A stretch of 63,819 nt of DNA, the filler included, from Pelomyxa schiedti (taxonomy: Eukaryota; Protista; Evosea), in assembly GCA_020536535.1 (NCBI GenBank). It is 10 parts of 10 records of this genome, joined end to end, with 100 filler letters (N's around TTAATTAATTAA, not from the genome) between each part and the next. Parts side by side here need not be neighbours in the genome. Positions count along the whole stretch, not along the records: positions 9,276 to 19,300 come from JAHLWZ010000499.1; positions 19,401 to 21,001 come from JAHLWZ010002394.1; positions 21,102 to 31,683 come from JAHLWZ010000050.1; 7 more parts are not named here. One strand, given 5' to 3'. This document shows, in pieces, positions 12,134-25,400 of the stretch (positions within the stretch are counted from its first letter, which is position 1; each line of letters opens with the position of its first letter). The notes below the pieces were generated by a model, which was given only the letters and a program-made list of their open reading frames with translations, had not been told where the DNA came from and searched no databases. The translations under genes and the position numbers were made by a program.

Positions 12134-13404
12134 ATGACAGACGACAACATTGCGGCACCGGCGGGACCAAATGATGGGACGACGGATCCCTCGGCGTTGG
12201 ACGCACTCGAGGACTCTTTGTCAGGAATGGCCAAGGTTAAATATTATCACACAAAAAATAACTTGTCATACTACAGCAACACATACAATAAGTTATAATG
12301 TTTTTTGTGTTTGTTCACTGACCAGGTATTTTTCTTGTTTAGTTCAACTTCGGAGAGGAGTTGGAAGAAGAGGTAAACTCTTGATATCATACGATTTTAC
12401 CAGCTCTGCTAACAAAAAAAGGCCAGGAAATTGGAGACTGCGCCAAAGGGACCACACCCTCCCGTTTTTGATGAAAACGGCATAAGACAGCCCACCCCTG
12501 GCTGGCCTGAGCTAAAAGTAATGTACGTCTATCAACACTATTGAAAGGAAAGGTTTTTCTAACTGTCACAAGGATACAGCTTGTTGATGACACAACAATG
12601 TATCAACTTGTAGTCACTACTGACTGGACCTTCAAGGTAAAGTCCTTGTTCCCAAGTGAATTCTTTTTTTGAAGATGGTAGGATGTTACACAAGCAGTGG
12701 CTTTCAAAACGGGGGTCGACTGGCAGTTCTTTCAAATGCAAGAATTTATCCCAACACGCACTCCACCAACCCGATGGCTCCGCATGGAAGCAACCGTCGC
12801 TAATGAAGAGGATGGTGTTCAGCCCCTCACAAAGCTCCTGTTCAGAATGAGATGGCTCAAAATTCCCAAAGGAATGGAATCCAATCAAACTCTCCTTATT
12901 CAGTTCTATCACAATGTATTTCCCCCCAGTTTTACTATTCCCCTCACGATGTTGGCTACAGATTCGAAAATCTTTTATCACTGAAAATACCCCTGTTCAC
13001 AAACGCAACGCAATTAAACTAGCTGCACTTCAACTTCAGATATCACAAGGAAATTACGACGCCTCTAGAATGGCTACTGGCTTCCTTTCGTAAGAGAAAT
13101 GCAAGCACTAATGGTATGCTGACAATCTCATTCCAAAAGGAAAGTTATTGGAGAGTATTTGAACGAATCAGTGACACAGAATCGAGCGGTTGAAAAACTG
13201 GAAGCTGCTGTAGTGAAGTTGTACAGTCAACACACCGGCAAAACGCAACAGGACGCCATGCAAGAGTACATAAGATTTGCCACCGAACTATCTACATTTG
13301 GTGCTACAATGTTCGACCTGAAGGGGAATAGAAGAGCAGCAATACTTGATGACGGTATTGCAGTCTTCTTTGGACGGGTTGATGACGTAAGGCTTCTTTA
13401 AACG

Positions 13405-13437
<33 letters not shown>

Positions 13438-15611
13438 TTCTCTTAACAACAATTTAGTTTTCATATATGAACTACAAGGACATAGAAAGATTTGAAATCC
13501 CAACAGAGGAGCCTAACACTCTTAACATTATATACCTTGTATGCAAGGGAGGATTACCAAGAAATTCTCTAATACCACCTCTCACTCATAGCAATCGCCA
13601 ATTCTACGAGAAACTGTAAAATTATATCTTTCACACCCAGCTAGTACTGTCTATACACTTGCTGCCGGGTATATCATATGACATTGGACTCGTCTCGTTT
13701 TAATTTCCTTTTTTTTCTTGTAAAAACAGGTACATGCACCTTAACGCCCATGCTGCCGCAGTGCCCCCTGTCATATTTAAGCCAGCAGATCTCCCTAATC
13801 CAGATCTGTATGTGCATCGCCCTATTAGAGTGGACATTTCACGGTTCAGAACCAGACTGGAAGTTTTCAAATACAACCTCTCGAAACAGTACGTCAGTCA
13901 GTTATTTTTTTTTCACAGCCTTACACAAATGACACAGGTTTAAACTGGCAAGCAGATCAATGATTCCTCGTATCAGTGGGCAAATTAGCGCGGCTCTTAA
14001 TGATAGTAAACCTCTTGATTTCTTTGATTTGTCCAGTGGGGAGCTTGACGAAAAGGGAATGCAGTTGCTATCAACTGCCATCGACTCCACATTCAAATTC
14101 AAGTACTGTTAGCTCTTTTTTCCCTCCACTCAGTTTACCACAAAAGAACCAAGGTCACGTTGGTGGAGGACCTGACTTTAACTAAAATCGATTTTTCAAA
14201 TACGCAAATAAAGGACCAACCCGCAGCCATAAGTGCCTTGTAAAATCTATCCTTGAAAACTCTGTAGTAATTTTCCCAGAAAGGTGCTTCTTGCTTGCCC
14301 CTTACAAACGAAGACAATTCTTCTTCGGAACATTGGGGTTGCCAAATCTGCTGTGCAACTTGCTGATGCAATTAAAACTGGTAGATTTATTGAAGCCATG
14401 GACTTATCTGGTAATGCGGGACTTGGTGCTAATGCCTCTGATCTGTTCAGAACCCTCAAGGTTTTTCAACCCAACAACAAAAAAGCTCTTCTCAACGTTT
14501 CCAGACGATGACAACTAAAATATCCATGTTTGGAATGGCAGCATGTGGGTTGCGAGATAGTTCGGCCCATGACATTTTCGATCTTATCCACCGAAATGTC
14601 GATACTTTGACAGTAATTGATTTTTCAACTTCAGAGGTTTGCATGTAACTAAATTTCAATTGTTATAAACCATTCCCCAGCTAGGTGAGTCAGGCATCAA
14701 AATTATTGCCCCTGCTTTCAATAACAGTCAAAAGTGTGTTTCTTTTCCGATTTAAATGAAAACCTGAATCCAGAATTATAGGCTCGTTGAAGTAAATTTC
14801 AGCAAGTGCCAACTTGGAACCGGAGGGGCAATACATCTCATCAAAGGCTTATCCACGACATCCGTCAACCGGTTAGTTTGCAAAAGAATATGCTAGTCCA
14901 TTTCATTCAAATTTAGGCTCCTTCTCTCTGATAACGAAATCTCGTCAAAATTTATCAGTACGTTGACGGGAATTTGGGGCGAGTCAAAAATGCAGAACCT
15001 CCAGTGCCTCGATGTCAGTCTTAATGCCCTGAGCAGTTCAGATGTGACAAATGTATGGGACTCTCTTCTTTGTAGCTTCTCACGTTCTTTCAAAACAACA
15101 GCTCTTTAAAAACCTTCCCCAGCCTACCTACCCACTGCAAGAAGTTATATTAAATGCCAACGTTTTGAAAGGAGGTACAATCTTTAATCACCTATACCCC
15201 TATTTATGAGATATAGGAATTGAGAAATCGATAGCGAAGGCAGTTATCCCCTCCCGTAAACTTGTGCGGATAGGGTTGAGGTCTTGTGAACTTCCAAAGG
15301 TCACCCCCTTTTTTGAAATTTAGGTATTAACCTCCACTTCAGGGTGCTGTTATTGCAGTCTGTGACGCGATCAAACAGAACGCTTTGCGAAAGGTTGACT
15401 TGGCCTACAATGAAATCAAGGTATTCACTTTGTTCCTAGAAGAATAACCTCTAAAACCATTTCAGGACAAGAAAGCCGTTGCCAAACTCTGTGAGGCCCT
15501 CACAACGAGCACCACAATCGAAAACCTCAACTTGGCAGCCATCGGCTTGGGTGTCAAGGAATCCCTACAAGTGACAACAGCCCTTGCCGAGAACCACTCC
15601 CTCAGAAGGTT

Positions 15612-15679
<68 letters not shown>

Positions 15680-16070
15680 ATTTACCATCCATTCGCACTC
15701 ACATTTCCCACAGCCTCCGGCTTGACAGTAACAAGATGAATGCAGCCGCCTTAGCCAAGGTACATAAGCTCCCCAATCTCCGCAATCTCTTTCCCTTTAC
15801 TATTCACACCTAATACCGAATTCAAACCAACCAACCAACCAATCACACACACAAACACAGCTGGCACTGGCAATCAACAACAACCACAACCTGACAGCAC
15901 TTGGGCTGTGTGACATCGAGGCAACGCCCAAGGAGATAGTCGACTTCCTAGCGGCGATACCCGCAGACACGGCTATGCGTAGCATGGACATGCGCAGCAA
16001 CAAGCTCATGCCAATCACCATCCAGGCACACACCACAAGACTCGCCAATGTATCCATCATCATAGGCTAA
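12134..16070 (+). CDS. FERM domain + RNI-like leucine-rich-repeat protein, multi-exon
   Basis: FERM-like LLFRMRWLK...AIKLAALQLQISQG...DAMQEYIRFATELSTFGATMF, followed by LRR exons FIEAMDLSGNAGLG, LQCLDVSLNAL, TIENLNLAAIGLG, LRLDSNKM and MRSMDMRSN. Stop at 16068-16070. Confidence 0.75.
15615..15679 (+). repeat. Poly-C tract in intron (a second tract lies at about 13405-13435)
   Basis: Homopolymer runs inside introns of the FERM-LRR gene. Confidence 0.85.
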
Positions 16071-16144
16071 ATTGAAAAAGGCGAACGGTTCTATTCTTCG
16101 GGTTATTCCCATAATCATCAAACCATCAAACGACCAGAACGAAA

Positions 16145-19132
16145 ATGGGCTCCACCGGCTCACGGGAACACCAACCTAGCGAGGTCGATGAATCCGCCGC
16201 ATCAACAACAATAGGCACCGACGAAGCAGACCAACCAAAACCACCCTCCTTGCAGGAAGAAGGGGACTGTTGTGGGGGGAGCCGAAACGCCGCCGCTGCA
16301 TTGCGCACTTGTGGGTGTTGGCTTTGTTATCGCCCATTCGCTGCTGTTGGGGAAACTCGCGATCCGTCCGTTAGAATGGTATGCATGCATGTGCCACGGC
16401 CTCGAAAGTTACGGTGCTAAACGCGCGATTGTTTCAACCAACAGGAATGCGGACACAATTTATGTTGGGAGTGCATGGTGTCACTTTGCACTCAGGAATT
16501 CCTGGCTCCCTCCGGCCGACGAAAACATGTGGGAGCACCAACAGGGGAGGAGGATGAAGACATTGTAGAGATTGAGTGTGGTGTGTGCCGTCAAGGGACT
16601 GCAATAAACGTGAGGGACCTCATGGATGACGTAGTGAATACATATACTGATGAGGCCTGCACAGACAAGGGATCATCGGATAACTCTGGGCCTTGTTCGA
16701 CAGGAGCGAAGCTAGGGCCCCGAAAAGGCACTTTGATGATGTACCTGAACTCGAATTCCATACTCACAATCAATAGAGATGTGTATTTTCCACAGTGGAC
16801 AACCGTTGGATAAATATTGCATAACAGACCAGTGCATGGTGTGCTCACAGTGTGTGGAGGAGACCCATGGTAACCACGACTTGACTGGAATTGACACACA
16901 AGCAAAAAATGAAAAAGACAACGTCGGCACTCTCATCCGGTCTGTGTACAATCAAAAAGAAATGCTGGAATGGATAGCAACTGGAATTGAGGAAACGCTT
17001 GACTCTCTCACAACTGTATGTTTTGTGGCACAGATTTCCCAACAGCTTAACAAAAAAAAAAAATAGAAGCAGAGAATGGTTGAGGAGGAAATTAAACAAG
17101 CATTTGACAGACACATGAGGGAACTTATTAGTGAACTGCAGAGGAAGAAAGATGCACTCCTTTCAAACACGATCAAGAGCTTCAAACAACGGAAGGGAGC
17201 ACTGAAACTGCAACTCAAATGCACCCGCTATGCCGTGGAACACTTTGCAGACACTGAATGTGCATTGTTGAGAATGAAAAACCAACTGGAGGGAGGCAGT
17301 ATCCCACCCGTATCACCAAATACTGAGGTGTCTGAAGACATTGAAGACGTTGCATCATTCATTGCCTTGACTAATAACCGATTTCTACTCAATTGGAATG
17401 CTCCATTGGTATTTCTCTTTGGCAAATGAAGTGCTAAAACTTTCAGGATGTAAGTCTGATGCAGGGCAATTTTCAAATTAGTATCAATAGACACCCCTTA
17501 AAAGCTTCACTGGATAGCATCTACATGACAAGTACGGAATTTACCAAATCAACACAGAACTGAAAAAACCACAGGGGAAGGAGAAGACGCGTTTGCCATG
17601 ACTACAATGAGGTACCTTGCCTCTGGTCACTTTGAGAAGGCACTCCAGAACTGTATTTCAATGTTTCCTCCATCACCATTTGGTCCTCTTGATGAAATAC
17701 GCACTAACCANNNNNNNNNNNNNNNNNNNNNNNNNNNNNNNNNNNNNNNNNNNNNNNNNNNNNNNNNNNNNNNNNNNNNNNNNNNNNNNNNNNNNNNNNN
17801 NNNNNNNNNNAGGATCAAACGAAATCCTCTTTTGGCCCCGCCCAAGCAAATGGCTTGAAATTGGGCCACTGATTCTATATTTGTTTATTTATGCATTTTG
17901 CAAAAGAAATTCCGTGGAACCTGCTTTGAGGCGGATGTGAAGAGGTCGATCATAGACATATGATTGCCGCTTTTCAGATGCCATTTCCGTATAACGATGT
18001 CTTGAACTATTTGCTTGACAGACTTGAAGCCCTTCGCTATTGATAAAAAAGGTTATGAATTTATAAGGTAATTTCACTTCATCCCAAGCTTACACCGTTT
18101 GCCATGACTACAATGAGGTACCTTGCCTCTGGTCACTTTGAGAAGGCACTCCAGAACTGTATTTCAATGTTTCCTCCATCACCATTTGGTCCTCTTGATG
18201 AAATACGCACTAACCAAAATCCCGTGCCAAAGGAAATCACCATGAAGTCCTTCAATCCAAATAAGTTCGAGGCACTTGGAATCGTGCTAATGATTCTACT
18301 ATTTGAAATGAAGCCAAGGCTCATGCACCAGCTTGGGCCGTTTGATCGTGACCCACTTTACACTCTCCGTGGGAAGCTGAGGCACGCTTCACCTGAATCT
18401 CTATACAACATCATTCACACTGTGCTATCCATGTCACCACGTTTCACTCCATCAGCAGCAACTGCAACAAGTGCAGGACCACCAAAATATGTCGATGTTC
18501 ACGGCGATGATGTACGTGTGATAACCCTGAAGGCACTGGTCCATGTCATACGCGGCTTCATCAACTGGAAACCCATTGGGGATGCCGAGAAAGACATAGT
18601 AACAGCCCACAGTGACTGGAACAGGGCAGTCCTCATGTGCGAACCACGGCAACACACAGGAGCAGCTCCTTCTTATGTGCCACGTGCCCTGGCTGAATAC
18701 TACCTCGGCCGCTCATCTGCCATCACTGAAGACAGCACTCACTACTACACAGCAGCACAGCTCGGCCACATTGGTGCTGCGTCCAGGGCCGCAAGGCTGC
18801 AGATAGAGCAGGGACTACCTCCAAGTGGATACATTGGGCACCTCATGACGGCATCAGAGGGCGGTAACTCCTGGGCGTGCTGCCACCTGGCCACGCTGCA
18901 CGAGACAGGGTGCCAGGGGGCAGGCCTGAGGATGGACATGGCAGAAGCCATGAGGCTGTACAGGATAGCAGCGGACCAAGGCAGGGGAGAGGCACAGCAC
19001 AGGCTGGGTGCATTGCTGATAGAGGATGATAGCAACGAAACCAAACAAGAAGGAGTGCGACTACTTCGACTTGCCAAGGCACAGGGAAGCAAAGAAAAGG
19101 ATGCAAAAACAAAAAGGGAATGTTGTGAATAA
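16145..19132 (+). CDS. TRIM-like RING + B-box + coiled-coil protein, probably continuing into a C-terminal Sel1-repeat region
   Basis: RING-HC CWLC...CGHNLCWEC...CGVC; B-box CIFH...YCITDQCMVCSQC...HGNH; coiled coil 16950-17280. The Sel1-like repeats (DMAEAMRLYRIAADQGRGEAQHRLG) lie in ORF 18104-19132. The join crosses an N-gap with a duplicated overlap. Confidence 0.6.
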
Positions 19133-19400
19133 CAGCCCCACAGCACTGGGTACAAATTTTCCACTTACACCGGGGTGCAAGTCAAATGAGAAAAACAGAA
19201 TTTTTTAGTGAGCAAGGCAGCGTGAAGCGGCCCGATTTTGCTGGGATTTGTTGATGTTTTGTGCCGCGGGGCGGTTGCCGCGGCGCCGCGGCGGCAGCGC
19301 NNNNNNNNNNNNNNNNNNNNNNNNNNNNNNNNNNNNNNNNNNNNTTAATTAATTAANNNNNNNNNNNNNNNNNNNNNNNNNNNNNNNNNNNNNNNNNNNN

Positions 19401-19542
19401 CAATAGTTTGGTGTCGCGTGACGTCGCCTGCCCCCCGCGATCACAAAAGTTTGGTGTTGTGCGACATTGCGCACCCCCAAACTGTTGTGATCGCGCGACA
19501 ACTGTTGATGTCGCGCGACATTGCGTGCCCCCCAAACTATTG
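19401..19542. repeat. Short palindromic element with 11-bp terminal inverted repeats
   Basis: CAATAGTTTGG (19401) and CCAAACTATTG (19532-19542) enclose recurring GTCGCGCGACATTGCG...CCCCCAAACT subrepeats. Confidence 0.5.
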
Positions 19543-19629
19543 CAGAGGCAGGGCTTGCCGAATCTGAGTGACAACCACAGTGACACTTTTATGGCAAAAA
19601 GCTTGCCTCTGCTTTTGCTGATTTTGGAG

Positions 19630-20259
19630 CCAAATAAAGGTCAAGAGTCATTGAGACACTGAGAGAATGCCAAAGATGTGGTATTACATCATTTCAATGC
19701 AATGTTCCTTGCAACCTGATTTGGGGGTGTTCGCACGAATTGGACAACAATTGAACAAATGAACCTCCGTTTTTCCTCTGGGCCATACTTGTGGGACAAA
19801 CATCCTTGATTTTACTCTCTTACTTGATAAGAAGTGTGGACAAGAGTTTTATCATCATTGTAGTTTTTCTTTTTGTTGGCTGTGGTGAAGGTTGTTTTTC
19901 CTCCAGTCTCTTTATGAGGAGTTGCCAAAGTGCATGCTTGCTGGAGGACTACGAATCTAGGGGAAACTACCAGCAAACCCAGAGGTAACAATCAGAAGAA
20001 ATAACTTTCCCATTGTACTTCCTATTGGCCCATTCGTGAAACAGGCAATATTTGTATGATTTACATTTGCCAAAAACTTCCCACTTGTTCTGCAATGTTT
20101 TTCCCTCCTTCTGATGGACATTCCCTTTTATTGTTTTAACAAAAACAGGTTCCTGCACTTATTGAATTTTGTTGCCAAATAAGGTCAAGAGTCATTGAGT
20201 CACTGTTTAACTGCCAAAACGATGGTCTTACATTACAACAATGCAATGTTCATTGCAAC
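19630..20259 (+). repeat. Dispersed ~85-bp repeat (copies 19630-19716 and 20175-20259; inverted copy 21951-22016)
   Basis: Shared core CCAAATA(A)AGGTCAAGAGTCATTGAG...TGCCAAA...GGT(C/A)TTACAT. Confidence 0.65.
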
Positions 20260-20301
20260 ACTATTTGGGTCATTGGAAGACAAAAACGCCTGGCTCCAAC
20301 A

Positions 20302-21001
20302 GTGAGAAAAGAACACTTTTTTTCCCCAAACCATTCTTATGGGACAGGTTTTTTTCACACACATCAGAGATTGCGGAAGTACAGTGGCGTGCTGTGTTCC
20401 GTGTCTCTTGACGGACCGTTGCGATCAACGTACGGGCAGGTACCCCGAGAACACATGAACCTGTGGGCACAATCGAATTGGAGAAGCCGAACCTACGGCA
20501 AAAACCTCTTGCACTGTTGCTGGGTGCAGGGACATCGCAATGCTGGACAACTCTTGGTTATAATAGCTGCTCGCTCCTTGGCTTTCGTTTTGTCATTTTG
20601 TGTTACCTACGCCGCCCTCGCGCCTCGTCCGTCAATTTTTTGTTTTGTTTTGTTTTGTTTTGTGTATGCACAAGCAGAGCATGGAAGATGCTATGCGCAC
20701 GGACGACGAGCTAAATGGCGAGCAGGCCGCACCCACGTCAACACCGACGGCGGCTACAATGATGGCGGCGACGGCTGCCGCTGCCGCTGCCGCGACACCG
20801 GGGGCGGCGACGGCGACGGCTGCGGCTGCCGCGACGACGGGGGCAGCTACGGGGACGGGGACGGGGACGGGAACAATGGAGAAGTAATGAGGCAACTGAA
20901 GAGGGCACTGGACCCGGCCACGGCTCATTTGGTCACAGACTGGTTTGACGTGTATTCTTCCTTATGCCCGATTAATATCCCACCTTGGTCTTGCTTGTTG
21001 T
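20302..21001 (+). CDS. Partial hypothetical gene with GC-rich low-complexity exon
   Basis: An open frame of about 230 codons runs to the scaffold end, with a probable intron near 20560-20672. The product is unclear. Confidence 0.25.
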
Positions 21002-21101
21002 NNNNNNNNNNNNNNNNNNNNNNNNNNNNNNNNNNNNNNNNNNNNTTAATTAATTAANNNNNNNNNNNNNNNNNNNNNNNNNNNNNNNNNNNNNNNNNNN
21101 N

Positions 21102-21850
21102 GAGACACAACCTTGCTAGAAAAGTGGAATTCTTCCCTGAGAAAGGAAGGTGTATCAGTACAGCTCCCAATAGAGAAACATTGAGGAGAAAAGAGAACTT
21201 TGTAACTGTGTCTTGACACAGCTCCAAAAGAAAAATGTTCTTCTAAAGGAAAAAAAATGCATCGAGTATTTAACGGTAGGACCCCAGGAGGACCCAAAGC
21301 AAGGGCCCACCTGGGCGCCTCTCCCACAACACTGTTTAGTGAACGTGGCCAAGTCAATGATAGAGTTAGAATGGTGGAAAGAGTAGAAAGAGTCTATGGT
21401 GGATAATAATTGTTCGAAGTGCGGTTATTCTCCAGTATTTTCTCCAGTAATATCGCCAGTAACTCTCCACCTCTCATAAGCTGCTGCACAAAGCATATTT
21501 CTTTCTCACTTCCACCAGTGCAGCAATGTTCTATCCTGGCACTCAGACATCACCTCAAACTCGGACCTTAGTCTTGCCCTTCTCCTGGCAGAGATGTGTG
21601 GGGAGTTAACAGGTAACAAATATCCTTTTTTGATGACTTTCACTGCCCTCTCATTTGTGGTTTCGCGATGAATTGCCTGTACTACTTTTCCAGAAGAACC
21701 ACAGCCCATAGTTTCACAAATCTCGTTTTTCTCCCTAACGTCGCAGCGTCGTTTCACTTCCTCTCTCGTAAAAATGAACGGGTAGATTGCACTAGATTGT
21801 GTAGCCGTTGATGTTGCTTGCTTGCGCCTGCTGTTGAGGTTGTTGCTGCA
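21102..21850 (+). repeat. Second copy of 26917-27434 (TTRAY2 3' end plus kinase fragment) with a ~230-bp indel
   Basis: Near-identical sequence with scattered SNPs. 21305-21535 is absent from the downstream copy. Confidence 0.85.
21305..21850 (-). pseudogene. CAMK-like protein kinase N-lobe fragment
   Basis: GCGSSGKVVQA (Gly-loop), AVKVIKK, EFEVM (alpha-C) and EICFVQQLMRGGELL, followed by stops. No HRD or DFG motif. Confidence 0.7.
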
Positions 21851-22442
21851 NNNNNNNNNNNNNNNNNNNNNNNNNNNNNNNNNNNNNNNNNNNNNNNNNN
21901 NNNNNNNNNNNNNNNNNNNNNNNNNNNNNNNNNNNNNNNNNNNNNNNNNNTTGTGATGTAAGACCACATCTTTGGCATTCAAATAATGACTCAATGACTC
22001 TTGACCTTATTTGGCCCCAAAAACCAACAAAAATAGAATGAGGATTTTTGTGTGGTTTTTGCATAAAGCAAACATACAACAACCACCAGTAAACCAATAA
22101 AACATGAGGGAGGAATAACAGTATGCACCAGGGAAAATGTGGGCTTGTATTTTTGATGGAACGTACTTATGGGTCTGGTTTTTTCAAGAAACATTTGGTG
22201 TGCCAAGGTAGATTGGATTTGCATAGTGCAACCACAATGTGGGGGTGTGGATGGTTGTTTTTCTTGTGTAGTAAGGGAGAAAGAAGACTGCTGAAAAACA
22301 CAAGAGTGTATGCACACTATAGTTTATTACTTTGCCACAATGGTGTTCCCGCCTGAGAAATGCACTGAAACGGTGCTTGGTGTCAACTGAATCTCCCTAC
22401 GGGTATCAACAGATTAGCGTAGTTTTCCCGATCCATCAGTAA

Positions 22443-25400
22443 ATGACTGACGTCGTTTATGGTTATTCATGTTGCCGGTTGTGTGCGCCCCACGCTCACC
22501 AAGTAAGCACCGCAGCGTCATCTGGGGCGTCCGCCGCATCCAGTCCGCCGACGCAGCAACAGGGGGCAGCAGCCACGTCCGCGTCGGCCGCCGCAGCACC
22601 CCCCGCTACGCCCTCCGCACCGTACTCGTCTGGTGCTCCGCAGGCCTTGTTGCCCGCCTCGTTGGCCTCCCCCAACCCCTCCTTCTGCGAGCACGGCGGG
22701 TTCATCCGGCACTGCGTCGCCGTGTGCCCCGCCTGCCCCCCCGCAGCCGCCCCGGCCGCCACCCCCGCGTCCGCCCCTGCGCCCACCCCAAGCACCAGCA
22801 CCAGCGCCAGCGCCAGCGCCAGCGCCGCCGCTACCCCAGGGATCAGCGGACCCGCGAGCGGCGGCGGCGGCGGCGGCAGCGGGGTGGGGGCAGCGGCTGG
22901 CCCGCCGCCCGGGGTCCCCGAGGACGTGGTCAAGGACGTGCCGCCCGAGGTGCACGCGGGGCGGCCGTGGGTGGCGTATGTTGTGGAGAGCGAGAGGGGG
23001 CATGTGGTGCAGGTCCTCGACTATGTCACTATGGAGCTGAGGATTGCGTTCTGTTTGGCGGCGCATGAGGAGCTTCTGCTGACAAAAGGATCAGCTGAGC
23101 AGAGGCAGGTTTGTGCATTTTATTATTGTTGTTATGTTGTTGTGGCGTTGTGAGGTGTGTCTGGCTCTGATGTCCTACTAAGTCCAGAAGGATTCTTACT
23201 GTTGTTTGTTGCTTCCCTTTTTTTTTTTTTGGTCTCCTTTCCTTTAATATACAGATGGTTCAAAGTCAAAAACCTCCTGGTGAGGTGAGAGTATTGAAGT
23301 TTGTTGATGGTAATATCTGTGCCTGGAAAGGACACTTGGAGTCATATGGACCTGTGATCCCCACCACACCAGGGCCAACTCCCGCCACTTCGTTGGGAGC
23401 CACTGCGTCCCTTAACCCTGCTGCTGCTCAAGTATTTTTAGGATTAGGCAACTATCTTGTAATTGCCTATGAATATAGACTTGTATTTTATGACTACATC
23501 CTTGGGCAGGTACTCAACTCTTTCAAAATCAGTTCTTACAAATATCTCAGGTTGATACACTGCGAGGAGATTCACTGTTTATTGGAATCACCTGCATGGA
23601 ATTATTCAGTGACTCCTGCATGGCATTTGGCTGTAACCTGACTACACTATCTTCTTTATTTTGGTGATCATACCCAGTTCATGATGGAAACATCCGTATT
23701 TGGGATACTATTAGGAAGAAGCTTCTCTCTACCTTCAGTGGACATAAAGGTGAAGTAGTGAAATTATGCAGTTATAAGGTTTCATCACGTCTGCAGCAGT
23801 ATTTCTAATCCCACTAATTCCATAGCAGAGAGATGGACTTGCACTCCTCATTAGTGGTGGTACAGATGGAGCAATTTGCTTTTGGAACATTTCTGCAAAC
23901 AAATTAGAGAAATCCTTCCCGAAGGTGAGAGTAGTTCTTCACCTGGTTTTCTTCATCCAACTAAAATCAAGGCACATGATACTGTTCTCAACATGGTTTA
24001 TCATCCACTGCAACAAGTTTTCATTTCTACTGGATCAGAGAGGTTAAGATGTCATTCTTAACAAATCTGTAAGTATGACAGAAGATTTCAGAAGCATAGT
24101 TTCCTGGAATCCAATTACTCTTGTTGAGATTGCCAGAGCACCAACAGGGAAAAAAGTAGTGCCATCAATGGACTATTTTATGCACCCATGCTTTCCCTCT
24201 AGTTCGCTGATTGTGTGTTCAAAGGAGTCTTCACAGGCACCTATTCTTGGTTTTAGATTCAATTTTCCTTACTTGACATATGAAGATTGAAGTTACAGAC
24301 TTTCAGTTCCACTTCCGTTGGCCCCTCTTTTCATTAAACGACTTGAAAACTGTTCATAAAAAAGTATGACAGTAAAGTCAGTGACTTTTCATTCACCTTT
24401 GAAGCAGGATAGCAAACCAAAGTTACATTTCCTTGTCCGGCATCCCACTCAACAAGATTTACTGTTTATCTCATCTACAAAAGGCTTTTTTGTGGTCTCA
24501 TTAAAGGAACCAAGGTAGAGAAAAATTTGATATTTTGTTTTCTCACTCCAATAGGACCCCCAATTTTTCATGGGCACAGAGAAGCATTTCTCAAGTGTTT
24601 CCCTTTTTTAATACGATTTTCACACCAATAATGAATTAGACTCAAATGGAGAAATTCGTGTATTTCGGTAAAGATTCTAGTGTCTACACTCACTTCATGG
24701 GCTCCAAAGCGTCTGTCCTACACTCCATATAATGTCAAGATTTTCAGTTTTTAACAAGTTCTACTAGTCCTTCTGAACTATGTCATGAGTTGTCAAATCC
24801 ACGATTTGGACTTGATATCAGTCATAGTGGGAGGTTAATGTAGCTACAAAGGTTAAGTGCACTTATTTTCCCTGTATAGATTCGCTATTGTTACCTATCC
24901 AAATGAAAATTTCTTTGAAACGTTTAATATCGAGAATAGTCTGCTTGGTTGGAAGGTTGGAAAAACTGTAGAGAAAAAATTATAAACAACAGAAAGGCTG
25001 TGGATTCTGGCCAAGGTCATTTCCAGGGAAAATTGGCAACTTCCACTTCCTCTGATAGGTTTGCATTCATGGAATTAATTATAACAGGTACCTTGTAAAA
25101 ACCCTGTGCTCTTTCCTCATTATCTCCCTCCAAGATTTGGACAAGAAGAAAAAGGACAAAAAAGCTCCACCTCCCCGGGTTGCTAGTTTTAAGATTAACA
25201 GTTTTGGGCCAGCAGAGTTGTTTCTACAAATCCCTCAGTGTGTTCCTTACTAATCAAAAATTAGAGATAGTCCCTGTGCAACTGTCTTCCAACTGCAACA
25301 ACAAGAATTAAGGAATCCCATAGAGCAACTCTTTGGAGGTGTTCTTTTGGGTGTTGCTTACACCGGTATACCTGCAGTAGTTGTTACTTGCACATCTCAA

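Noticed and set aside
13405-15679. Long poly-C tracts as functional G-quadruplex elements
   Set aside because: They are intronic homopolymers whose length is unreliable in short-read assemblies, and nothing else supports a function.
17811-18098. Independent gene inside the TRIM/Sel1 locus
   Set aside because: It is a short segment wedged between an N-gap and a duplicated overlap, with no recognisable product; likely chimeric or misplaced sequence.
20480-20560. LLLGAGTS as a SIR2 motif, or NLLHCCWVQGH as an ankyrin repeat
   Set aside because: These are short matches in different frames with no supporting downstream motifs.
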